Of a DNA stretch of 64,000 nt, positions 9,429 through 17,555 are shown piece after piece. Each line of letters opens with the position of its first letter. Position 1 is the stretch's first letter. The position numbers were made by a program, and so were the translations under genes. The DNA is taken from the NCBI GenBank assembly GCA_017407205.1, contig JAFQXA010000016.1:86726-150725 (forward strand), given 5' to 3'. The notes under the pieces are model-generated. The model worked only from the letters and a program-made list of their open reading frames with translations. It was not told where the DNA came from and made no database searches. This DNA is from Clostridia bacterium (GTDB lineage: Bacteria > Bacillota > Clostridia > Christensenellales > CAG-138).

Positions 9429-10358
9429 TCACGGTGTAATCTTATTGAGCTTGTCGAGGCGTTCCTCTATGTTTTCGCCCACGAGACCGACAAGCAGATA
9501 ATTATTCGTTACAGGCTCACGCAAGAGCTCTTGCATAACGTGGAAATTCTTGATTTCACCTGCTGTTGAAATATGCATACGCGGACCTGTGCAGTAATGA
9601 ACCTTGTCACCAATAAGAATATGCTCATCATCATGGAAGCAAAGCGGGATATCCTTTGCAATGAGCTCATCCATTTGCTTTTGGAGAAGGGCAAGGTCGA
9701 TTTTCGGGTCATTTCTGAAGCCTAAAACAAAGCCGTGACGGACATCGCTGTGGATAAAGCTATCCTCTTTAATGCCCTGCTTTTCCAGACAGTATTCGCA
9801 AAGGTCTTCTGCGCTGTGTGCCTGACGTCTGTATTTTATGGACGAGAAAACAATATTTGCAATTTCCGCAGGCTCAGGACCAAAGAGGGTGGGACGGGTG
9901 ATGATGATTTCTTCACCGATGCCTATAAGAAGATGTGCGTTCTGGGGAAGGAAAGGGTACAATAAATCAAAATGTTCAACAATAACACGCCTTCCCATGT
10001 GCATGGCCTCCATGATAGCATCAGCCAAAACATGGGGCTGGGTGAACGCAAGCTCAAAGCGAGCATCAAGGTGATAGGTGTGAGGGGCATAGAAGCCCGT
10101 ATCGTCAAGATTGAGTATGGGAAGAGGACGGATGTTTACGCCGCCGTCATCGTTTGTAAGCTCAAGACCGGGGAACATACCCTTTAAGAACATACTCTTG
10201 CCGCTGCCGGAATCACCTATGAGCCCGATAAGCTTATCGAAAGGACTTAAATATTGCTGTGCACACTGCGCACCAAGGTCAACCATACGTGCCATGCCGC
10301 GCGGAGCAAAAAGAACACTGTATAAATGGCTGCCCTGCATTCTTGCTGAATAAGACAT
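9429..10358 (-). CDS. P-loop domain fused to an AlaRS/ThrRS second additional (tRNA_SAD-like) domain; function unknown
   Basis: GLIGDSGSGKS Walker A-like motif. C-terminal HSAEDL and HYCTGPRMH resemble the HxxxH and CxGxH editing-domain motifs. Start moved to ATG 10358. Confidence 0.65.
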   Translation of the reverse strand: MSYSARMQGSHLYSVLFAPRGMARMVDLGAQCAQQYLSPFDKLIGLIGDSGSGKSMFLKGMFPGLELTNDDGGVNIRPLPILNLDDTGFYAPHTYHLDARFELAFTQPHVLADAIMEAMHMGRRVIVEHFDLLYPFLPQNAHLLIGIGEEIIITRPTLFGPEPAEIANIVFSSIKYRRQAHSAEDLCEYCLEKQGIKEDSFIHSDVRHGFVLGFRNDPKIDLALLQKQMDELIAKDIPLCFHDDEHILIGDKVHYCTGPRMHISTAGEIKNFHVMQELLREPVTNNYLLVGLVGENIEERLDKLNKITP

Positions 10359-10471
10359 AAAAACACCACCGCTTAAATATAATCTTCTATATAAATATAA
10401 TATATTAATATCAAGCAATAAACAAGAGAAAAGCAGTTTAAAAAAACATCAATATTTTTTTGAAAAAACAC

Positions 10472-10500
10472 TTGCAAAAATGCTTCCGATGTCTTATAAT
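10472..10500 (+). promoter_or_regulatory. SigA-type promoter of tRNA-Asn
   Basis: TTGCAA-17 nt-TATAAT with an A-tract upstream. Confidence 0.75.
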
Positions 10501-10514
10501 AAAGCTCGTGCCGT

Positions 10515-10590
10515 TCCTCCTTAGCTCAGTCGGTAGAGCATGCGGCTGTTAACCGCAGTGTCGCTGGTTCGAGTCCAGCAGGGGGAGCCA
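10515..10590 (+). tRNA. tRNA-Asn (GTT)
   Basis: Acceptor stem TCCTCCT/AGGGGGA, D arm GCTCAGTCGGTAGAGC, anticodon arm GCGG-CTGTTAA-CCGC, T loop GTTCGAGTC, encoded CCA. Confidence 0.97.
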
Positions 10591-10734
10591 AAACAAAAAA
10601 GTCACCAAACGGTGACTTTTTTGTTTTGCCTTGCGGCGAGAACCAGCCGGTGAGATAAGTGAGGCTCCAAGAGCATGAGCGAAGCGAAATGTGATTGGCT
10701 TGCCGAACTTATGCATGCGAGCGAAGCGAGTCGT

Positions 10735-10753
10735 AGTCCAGCAGGGGGAGCCA
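10735..10753 (+). repeat. Exact 19-bp copy of the tRNA-Asn 3' end (att-like), followed by a second terminator
   Basis: AGTCCAGCAGGGGGAGCCA is identical to 10572-10590 and is followed by AAAAAACGACAGGT-TTCG-ACCTGTCGTTTTTT. Confidence 0.9.
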
Positions 10754-10790
10754 GAAAAAACGACAGGTTTCGACCTGTCGTTTTTTCAAC

Positions 10791-10966
10791 GAAATAAATC
10801 CCTGCGGGATTTGTGAAATGCACTTCGTGCGTGAAATATTGCTTCGCAATGTGAAATGCCTGCGTGCGTGAGAGGATTTATTTCATTTCACTTGATGTGT
10901 CATCATCAAATTTCGCAATTCACGAAGTGAATTATTTCACATTCGGCGAAAGCCGAATATTTCACT
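10791..10966. repeat. Structured array of short hairpins separated by GTGAAAT (left half) and ATTTCAC (right half) heptamers
   Basis: GAAAT-hp-GTGAAAT-hp-GTGAAAT-hp-GTGAAAT...ATTTCAC-hp-ATTTCGC-hp-ATTTCAC-hp-ATTTCAC, read directly from the sequence. Confidence 0.8.
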
Positions 10967-11036
10967 AATGTTCAATGTTTGTATTTTCGTATAACAAACC
11001 CAAAACAAAGAAGTCACCAAACGGTGACTTCTTATA

Positions 11037-11435
11037 TTACTCATCTTCAGAAAGTGCGTCTATATATCGGCAGAGCATTTGAAAGGTTTGCTCGCTGATG
11101 TCGTGCTCAATTTTGCAGGCATCCTCGCGTGCGACTTCTTCATTTACGCCGATTTTCATGAGAAATGTCATGAGCTGTTTGTGGCGGTCATACATTGCCT
11201 GTGCGATGGCGTGGCCGCTTTCTGTTAAGGTTATCCTGCCGTACTTGTCCATGATTATGTAGCCATCGTTACGCAGGTTCTTGGTTGCATAGCTGACGCT
11301 TGGCTTTGTTACGCCTAACTGTTGTGCGACATCAACCGAGCGGATAAAGCCGTGTTTTTCCTGCATCATGAGCATTGCTTCGAGGTAATCCTCTGCAGAG
11401 CGTTGTATTTTCAATGAAAATGCACCAACTTCCAA
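11037..11435 (-). CDS. DtxR/MntR-family metal-dependent transcriptional regulator (short form)
   Basis: SAEDYLE, RSVDVAQQLGVTKPSVS HTH, RH and EDACKIEHDIS metal-binding motifs. Exact start uncertain. Confidence 0.9.
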   Translation of the reverse strand: MEVGAFSLKIQRSAEDYLEAMLMMQEKHGFIRSVDVAQQLGVTKPSVSYATKNLRNDGYIIMDKYGRITLTESGHAIAQAMYDRHKQLMTFLMKIGVNEEVAREDACKIEHDISEQTFQMLCRYIDALSEDE

Positions 11436-11444
11436 ATTTTTTTA

Positions 11445-12092
11445 TTAAATCATACTGCCGATTACATCGGGGATTATGAGTTTTGCTTCTGTTTGCTCCT
11501 GAATTTGTTCTACCGTTACTGTGGGGGCAAGCTCTTTGAGCACAAGCCCTTCTTTTGTGACTTCCAGTACACCAAGGTCTGTTATTATCATATCGACAAC
11601 ACCGGCGCCTGTGAGGGGATAGGTGCATTTTTTGAGTATCTTCTTGATGCCCTTGTTCGTGTGCTGCATTGCAACGATAACTTTTTTTGCACCGTTTACC
11701 ATATCCATCGCACCGCCCATGCCGGGCATCCATTTTCCGGGGATTGCCCAGCTTGCGATATTGCCTTTTTCGTCAACCTGAAGTGCTCCGAGAACTGTTA
11801 AGTCTATCATGCCTCGGCGGACGAAGCCGAATGACATTGCACTGTCACAAAAGAAAGCTTCCTTTACTGCTGTGACAAGGTCGTTGCCTGCGTTGAATAT
11901 ATCCTTGTCTTCTTCGCCCTCTTTCGGGGCTGAACTTATGCCGATTATGCCGTTTTCAGAATGCATTAACACGTGCATATCATCGGGAATATAATTGGCG
12001 ACAAGCGTGGGGATGCCTATGCCGAGGTTGACTATCATATTATCGTGGAGCTCTTTTGTAACACGGCGGGCGATGAGTTCTTTTGCATCCAT
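11445..12092 (-). CDS. Family I CoA-transferase beta subunit (AtoA/CtfB/ScoB-like)
   Basis: VNLGIGIPT, catalytic SENG, LGALQVD, PGMGGAMD. Confidence 0.92.
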   Translation of the reverse strand: MDAKELIARRVTKELHDNMIVNLGIGIPTLVANYIPDDMHVLMHSENGIIGISSAPKEGEEDKDIFNAGNDLVTAVKEAFFCDSAMSFGFVRRGMIDLTVLGALQVDEKGNIASWAIPGKWMPGMGGAMDMVNGAKKVIVAMQHTNKGIKKILKKCTYPLTGAGVVDMIITDLGVLEVTKEGLVLKELAPTVTVEQIQEQTEAKLIIPDVIGSMI

Positions 12093-12093
12093 G

Positions 12094-12765
12094 TTATTTG
12101 CCCTCACTTTCGATTTTGACTATTGCATTTATAAAAGCACCGGGTACGCTTATGAGGTCACTATCGATGTTGCCTATGGGTACTATTTCTTCCGCTTCGA
12201 CAATAACATAGTCAGCCGCCATTGCCATGAGTGTGTTGAAATTCTTTGCTGCTCTGCGCATATAACAGTTTCCGTATTCGTCAACCTTGTATGCGTGAAC
12301 GAGTGCGACATCTGCGTGAAAGGCTGTTTCAAGTATATACTCTTTTCCATCAAACACACGCTTTTCCTTGCCTTCTTCGATTACTGTACCAACACCTACG
12401 GGGGTATAGAAAGCAGGGATTCCGACACCGCCTGCACGAAGCTTTTCTGCAAAATTGCCTTGGGGAACAAGAACAACGCTGTCGGGATCTTTTGCAAGCA
12501 TTCTTTGAGATGCACTTGAACGCCCGATATAATTTATGTATATCTTTGAAATCATGCCCTCGACGCTGTGCATATATTTATCTATTCCGCGACCGTCCAT
12601 GCCCGAATCGTTTGTAATCAGGGTAAGATTACGAGCAGGGTGATTTTCCATGTTTTTAAGCAAAAATTCAGGACTTCCGCCATCGAAAAAGCCAGCAACC
12701 ATTATGGTATGTCCGCTTTTGATTACACTGAGTGCACTTTTGGCATCAATGATTTTATTTTGCAT
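12094..12765 (-). CDS. Family I CoA-transferase alpha subunit (AtoD/CtfA/ScoA-like)
   Basis: PQGNFAEKLRAGGVGIPAFYTPVGVGT and NFNTLMAMAA motifs; adjacent to the beta subunit. Confidence 0.92.
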   Translation of the reverse strand: MQNKIIDAKSALSVIKSGHTIMVAGFFDGGSPEFLLKNMENHPARNLTLITNDSGMDGRGIDKYMHSVEGMISKIYINYIGRSSASQRMLAKDPDSVVLVPQGNFAEKLRAGGVGIPAFYTPVGVGTVIEEGKEKRVFDGKEYILETAFHADVALVHAYKVDEYGNCYMRRAAKNFNTLMAMAADYVIVEAEEIVPIGNIDSDLISVPGAFINAIVKIESEGK

Positions 12766-12785
12766 ATAAACTTACTCCTGTCGAT

Positions 12786-14402
12786 TTAGGATTCCGGAAC
12801 GGGATTTGATGCATAAGCATCAAGACGTACAATTATGTAACTGCCAACATCCTGAATATAGCCCTCCTTGGGATAGATGGGCATTGACTTGCACAGTTCT
12901 CGTGCTTCGTTATACATTTCCCTCGTGCAAGGCTCCAAATCATAACCTGCATACTCAAATATCTTATAAAGCTCTGTGCAGGGCTGTGAGAATGCTGTTA
13001 TTGACCATGAAAGCATGCTCGTTACGCTTGTCTGTGCAATCTTGCGCATATATGCAGACTCGCCAAGATACTTAATCTGTGTTTCTCTGTCGAGGTAAAT
13101 GTGGTCTGTAAGTCTTTCGTTATACAAGAGCTTCTGACCGACAAAAACAACGGGCTTTCTGAGATTGTAATGAACTGACAAATCATAGCCTATCTGGTCT
13201 ACAACCTTCATTTCCGCTTCATAACGCTGATGATTCAAGCAGAACCAATTATTTGTTTCAACGCCCTGTATGAAGCAAAATACAATAAGTGCAACTGAAG
13301 CAGCATATCTTAAAATGTTGAGTTTTTTAGGCATTGAAAGTGCAAAATGGAGAACTATTGCGAATGTGAATGCTGTAAAGAATGAGAAAACAAGACAGCA
13401 TCTGTACGGAGATACCGAGCCTTGAATTAAGGTTAAAAGTATGAGCGAGAAAAGAGAGCCGCCGCTTAATACTAAAAGGGCATATGCTTTTCTTCTGACT
13501 GCAATCACTATTGAGAATGCTATGAATACAAATACCGCACACCAAAGTATTGTAAGAGGCATATACCAAAGTGCAGAAACTATATAGTCCTGATAGATGC
13601 CTAAGAATGCCTTTTCAAGACCGCCTATAAGACCGAGCTTCTTGTAGAAAATAGTGTTGGCTGCACCAAGTGACGGGGGAAGTGAGGGGGTTGAACTTAT
13701 GACTATTTCCGTTGTAACAAGCTCAAGTGCGAGTCCTGCGACCAATGGGATTGCCATTAAAAGGCCGTTTATACAAAATGTCTTGAAGCGTTTATGCTCA
13801 TCCTCGCCAAACAGTCCTCTTACGAGCAATACTATGAATACGCAAAGAACATATACGGGCAGGAGGGCTTCATAGATTGATACTGCAACTGCAAGCATCA
13901 ATGCTGCAAGAATGATATGCCATATCTTTTTATCTTCAAAGAAACTCAGCATCTGCAAAAGAGAAAATGCGACAAGTACGTAACCAAGCCCTATATTCCA
14001 GCCCATCATTGTGTAAACCCAATATTCGGTTATTATCGGATATGTGATAAAGAGGCAGGCAAAAGCTGTGTAGAAATGCTTGTTGAACTTATCAAATGAT
14101 GCACGCTTTAATACTACACAGAAAAGAATTGTGGCAGACAAAAGTGCCAAAAGCCCTAAAAATTCATCGGCAAAGGGGAAAAGCTCGGACAAGTTGAGCA
14201 AGGGAGCAAGCAGTGGAAGAATGAGCCTGCCCTGGGCAATGGAACGACCTTCGAAAAGGTATTCGTTTCTTGCAACTGCATCAACGCCGTAGGTGAAGTT
14301 TGTAAGCTGAAATCCAAAAGCCAAAGCTGCCGCCAAAAGAAGCGGAACCATGAATGAATAACGCTTTACGAAAAAGGACAAATCTTTAACTAATCTTTTC
14401 AT
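12786..14402 (-). CDS. GtrII-like (Glucos_trans_II, GT-C fold) polytopic membrane glycosyltransferase
   Basis: About 11-12 TM segments, early D...QGR motif, C-terminal extracellular domain ending MPIYPKEGYIQ typical of this family. Confidence 0.7.
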   Translation of the reverse strand: MKRLVKDLSFFVKRYSFMVPLLLAAALAFGFQLTNFTYGVDAVARNEYLFEGRSIAQGRLILPLLAPLLNLSELFPFADEFLGLLALLSATILFCVVLKRASFDKFNKHFYTAFACLFITYPIITEYWVYTMMGWNIGLGYVLVAFSLLQMLSFFEDKKIWHIILAALMLAVAVSIYEALLPVYVLCVFIVLLVRGLFGEDEHKRFKTFCINGLLMAIPLVAGLALELVTTEIVISSTPSLPPSLGAANTIFYKKLGLIGGLEKAFLGIYQDYIVSALWYMPLTILWCAVFVFIAFSIVIAVRRKAYALLVLSGGSLFSLILLTLIQGSVSPYRCCLVFSFFTAFTFAIVLHFALSMPKKLNILRYAASVALIVFCFIQGVETNNWFCLNHQRYEAEMKVVDQIGYDLSVHYNLRKPVVFVGQKLLYNERLTDHIYLDRETQIKYLGESAYMRKIAQTSVTSMLSWSITAFSQPCTELYKIFEYAGYDLEPCTREMYNEARELCKSMPIYPKEGYIQDVGSYIIVRLDAYASNPVPES

Positions 14403-14432
14403 ACTGACCTCTTTTAAATTATCTTTTGCTGA

Positions 14433-17039
14433 TTACATAATCGGTGTGTTTATATTGGGTAGGTTTTCAAGGGCGGATGCTTCCTGACGCTCGAAATAAT
14501 ATGTGAGTATTTCTTCAGCAGCTGAAGCACTCCACTTGCCTGCATAGCCGTTTGGAACGCATATTACTATCGCTATCTGTGCATTGTCACGGGGAGTATA
14601 TGTTACAAACCATGACGTGTTTTCAATATCGATAAGATTATTTGTACCTATCTGTGCAGAACCGGTTTTGCCTGCGATTCTGTCAAGATATCCTGCATCC
14701 TTAAAGCTTTGAGTAAATGCATCCGATGCGGTACCTCCGTCTTCGGGTGACACAACGCCTGCCATGCCGTTCTTGATTGCTCTCCAAACGGAAGAGTCGG
14801 CATCTATCGTGTTGTAAACCGTTGGCTCAACCTCAAGAACTACGTTACTGCATTCGTCAAGTACACGGTCAACTATATGCGTATCGTAAACCGTACCGCT
14901 GTTTGCTATTGCTGCAATATAACGTGCAACTGCAATGGGTGTAACGAGTGATATACCCTGACCTATGCCTGCGCGGATTGTCTGCGTGGGCTTCCATTGA
15001 ATTTCGTTAAGAAGCGAGCTTATGTCTGAAACGCAGTTGTTTGCAAGCGTCCATCCCTCGGGAAGTCCGAGCTCTTCGCTCATTATTTTTCTCATTTGAG
15101 GACCTTCACCGTCTATACTGCCGTCCTGAAGCTCCATAAGCCTTAACGCACAGTAGGAAATCTTATCATCATTTATTTCCATGCTTCGCATTGAAAGGTA
15201 GGATTTCAGGCGTTCTTTAAGCTGACGGTAAACAAGGTTTGGCAAGCTGCTCTTTTGGTCGCTCAAGTCTGCCGTGTTGTCATAAAGTGCACTTTGGCCG
15301 CCTATAATGCCTGTTGCTTCACCCGTGAGCTCAATTCCTGTTGAGGTTGAAAGACCGAGCTTTTCAGACCAGTCATTCAGTCTGTCTATACCGAGCCTCT
15401 TTGAAACCTCAAAGAAATAGTAGTTGCATGAGTTCGTAAGTGCACGCGTAAGGTTCTGTGCGGCGTGATTTTCAGAATGTCTTGTCCAGCAGTGTGCAGG
15501 GTTTGTCGTGATGTATGAGCCGTCATCGAGCTGATAGTAGTAAACGTACTCGCAGTCAATAGTTTCGTCAAGGCCTATAACACGCTCAACTGTGCCTGCA
15601 AGACCTGTTACGGGTTTAAATATTGAACCCGGAGCAAGCTTTGCCGAGATTGCCTTGTTGCGCATTGGAGTGGTGTCCGCTGCTGCTTCGCCGAAGAGCA
15701 TATCACTCTGCTCAACCGATAATCCGTCAATGAACCAGTTAGGATCATAGGATGGGTAGGACGCCATTGAAAGCACATCGCCGTTTGTAACATCGATTAC
15801 AACTATTGCACCTGTTTTTGCGGTGTCTATCTTTGAAAGGTCACCCTTTGTTGCCTTTGCATACTTTCCGTCCTCATCAAGGCTTAAAAGCTCCTGTTCG
15901 TCCGCCGCTATCTTGTTGATAAGCGTTTCAAGTGCTTCTTCCGTCACCTTTTGAAGCTGTAAATCTATAGTCAGCATTATATCGTTTCCGTTTGAAGCAC
16001 CCGTGTGCGAGATTTCACGGATTGTGCTTCCCGAATCGTTAACCTCGATTACCTGAACGCCCTTGTGCTCGTTTGTAGCACCGGTCAAATAACGCTCCAT
16101 TCTTGCTTCAACGCCCGAAACGCCTATATAGTCATTATAGGAATAGCCCATCTTGAGCATATTGTAAAGCGTGTTGCCGTTTTCATCCTTCATGACGCTT
16201 CCGTCTTCATTGTAGGCTACGGCACCTTTGTAATCTTCTTCGGCAAAACCGAGATTTTCAAGATATGAAGCTGTAACCGTGTTAACGCTTCTGCTTTGGT
16301 AGCCTAAAATATGGGCTGCCGTTGTGCCGTGAGGGTAAACCCTGCTTGTGCTCTGGGAAGTGGTAAGCCCCAAAAGCTCATCGCTTCGCATGGTGATTTC
16401 AGCAATTACCTCGATGCCGACATTGTAGGCGATGGTTATGGGGGCGTATGCCTTGTAGTTGTTGAGATTGACTTCCTGTCTTATAGATATTATCTTGTTT
16501 GCTTCCTCAAAGCTTAAGTCTTCGGGAATAAACCAATACGCGCGGAGCTTCAAATATGCTTCTTCGGCGGTGATATCTTCATCACTAAAACCCATCGCGT
16601 TCCTGAAATTTCTGTAACGCGCCTCGATTGCAGCTTTGCTCTGAACGCCCCAATCGTAGTATATATTACCGTTCTCATCCATTTTAAGGTACGAGGTATC
16701 AATGGTGGAATAGCCGTAGCTTTCTATAATGTCTATTGCCTTTATGAGTGATTCCGTGTAAAGTGCCGTGTAATAGTCACTGCGTTTTGCGGCGTCACGC
16801 TGGAAATCAATGTTATAAGTCGTTTCATCGTAGGCAAGCACGAGACCGTTTCTGTCAAGGATTTTACCGCGAGTGCCCGATGTCGTTATTGTGCGTGTTG
16901 TGCGTGAAAGCGCTTCCGCTGTGTATTCTTCGTTGTGAGCAATTGTAAGCACTCCAAGCTGAAAAATGAGTGCAAACATCATAACTAAAAGAATGACGGC
17001 AAGAATTATAAAACGGGAGGCATTTGAGTTTGTATTCAT
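14433..17039 (-). CDS. mrdA: Class B penicillin-binding protein 2
   Basis: N-terminal TM, RGKILDRNG, RVYP, PGSIFK (SxxK), SCN (SxN), KTG; follows mreD. Confidence 0.9.
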   Translation of the reverse strand: MNTNSNASRFIILAVILLVMMFALIFQLGVLTIAHNEEYTAEALSRTTRTITTSGTRGKILDRNGLVLAYDETTYNIDFQRDAAKRSDYYTALYTESLIKAIDIIESYGYSTIDTSYLKMDENGNIYYDWGVQSKAAIEARYRNFRNAMGFSDEDITAEEAYLKLRAYWFIPEDLSFEEANKIISIRQEVNLNNYKAYAPITIAYNVGIEVIAEITMRSDELLGLTTSQSTSRVYPHGTTAAHILGYQSRSVNTVTASYLENLGFAEEDYKGAVAYNEDGSVMKDENGNTLYNMLKMGYSYNDYIGVSGVEARMERYLTGATNEHKGVQVIEVNDSGSTIREISHTGASNGNDIMLTIDLQLQKVTEEALETLINKIAADEQELLSLDEDGKYAKATKGDLSKIDTAKTGAIVVIDVTNGDVLSMASYPSYDPNWFIDGLSVEQSDMLFGEAAADTTPMRNKAISAKLAPGSIFKPVTGLAGTVERVIGLDETIDCEYVYYYQLDDGSYITTNPAHCWTRHSENHAAQNLTRALTNSCNYYFFEVSKRLGIDRLNDWSEKLGLSTSTGIELTGEATGIIGGQSALYDNTADLSDQKSSLPNLVYRQLKERLKSYLSMRSMEINDDKISYCALRLMELQDGSIDGEGPQMRKIMSEELGLPEGWTLANNCVSDISSLLNEIQWKPTQTIRAGIGQGISLVTPIAVARYIAAIANSGTVYDTHIVDRVLDECSNVVLEVEPTVYNTIDADSSVWRAIKNGMAGVVSPEDGGTASDAFTQSFKDAGYLDRIAGKTGSAQIGTNNLIDIENTSWFVTYTPRDNAQIAIVICVPNGYAGKWSASAAEEILTYYFERQEASALENLPNINTPIM

Positions 17040-17042
17040 GCT

Positions 17043-17555
17043 TTAGCCTCCTATCCTGTAATCGACACGCTGGCGAACCTGCCTGTTCATTATGGGGCGT
17101 AAAATTATGTGGATTATCATGCAAACAAGCCCTGTCAACAAAGCACAGGGGAGAATGTATGTCAAAAGCATACTTGCATAGTGAAAATTGCCACCCATCA
17201 TTGCGAGTGTGAGTGCGTAGATATTATCTTTTAAAAATGATGCACAGGCGGCAATGAGGGGAGCGACAACGATATTGTCCGAATAGAACTTACCTTCAAA
17301 AAGCCCTGCTGCCATGCCCGAAAGCATGTATATGAGTGCATTAAAGCCAACGAATTCGCCAAAGAAGATATCGGAAAAAAGACCGACTATAAGCCCTGCA
17401 ATACCGCCTTTAAAGCTGCCTGCAAGTACGGAAAAAGATATAACAACTGCAAGCACAACATCGGGACGAACACCTGCTATGTTAAGCCTGTGAAATAAAA
17501 TTGAATCGAAATAAAGTGCAAGTATCAAAAGAATGGGGACAGCAAAGCGTTTCAT
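17043..17555 (-). CDS. mreD: Rod shape-determining protein MreD
   Basis: Hydrophobic 170 aa with the PD motif and GLFSD; lies between mreC and PBP2. Confidence 0.9.
   Translation of the reverse strand: MKRFAVPILLILALYFDSILFHRLNIAGVRPDVVLAVVISFSVLAGSFKGGIAGLIVGLFSDIFFGEFVGFNALIYMLSGMAAGLFEGKFYSDNIVVAPLIAACASFLKDNIYALTLAMMGGNFHYASMLLTYILPCALLTGLVCMIIHIILRPIMNRQVRQRVDYRIGG

Larger units (their letters stand above)
10588..11030 (+). repeat. 31-bp direct repeat (tRNA CCA plus terminator hairpin) flanking about 380 bp of non-coding DNA
   Basis: CCAAAACAAAAAAGTCACCAAACGGTGACTT (10588-10618) versus CCAAAACAAAGAAGTCACCAAACGGTGACTT (11000-11030), 30/31 identical. Confidence 0.85.

Noticed and set aside
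10680-10753. Second tRNA gene
   Set aside because: Only the last 19 nt match; there is no D arm or anticodon arm upstream.
10602-10823. 73-aa minus-strand ORF from the track
   Set aside because: It runs across terminators and the tRNA-derived repeat (LAPPAGL is the antisense of the tRNA 3' end); a typical spurious ORF.
10791-10966. Possible CRISPR array
   Set aside because: The repeated unit is only 7 bp, flips orientation midway, the spacers are 11-18-bp hairpins, and no cas genes are present.
10590-11030. Prophage or ICE integrated at tRNA-Asn
   Set aside because: The att-like repeats enclose under 0.5 kb with no integrase or phage genes; reported only as a miniature element or scar.
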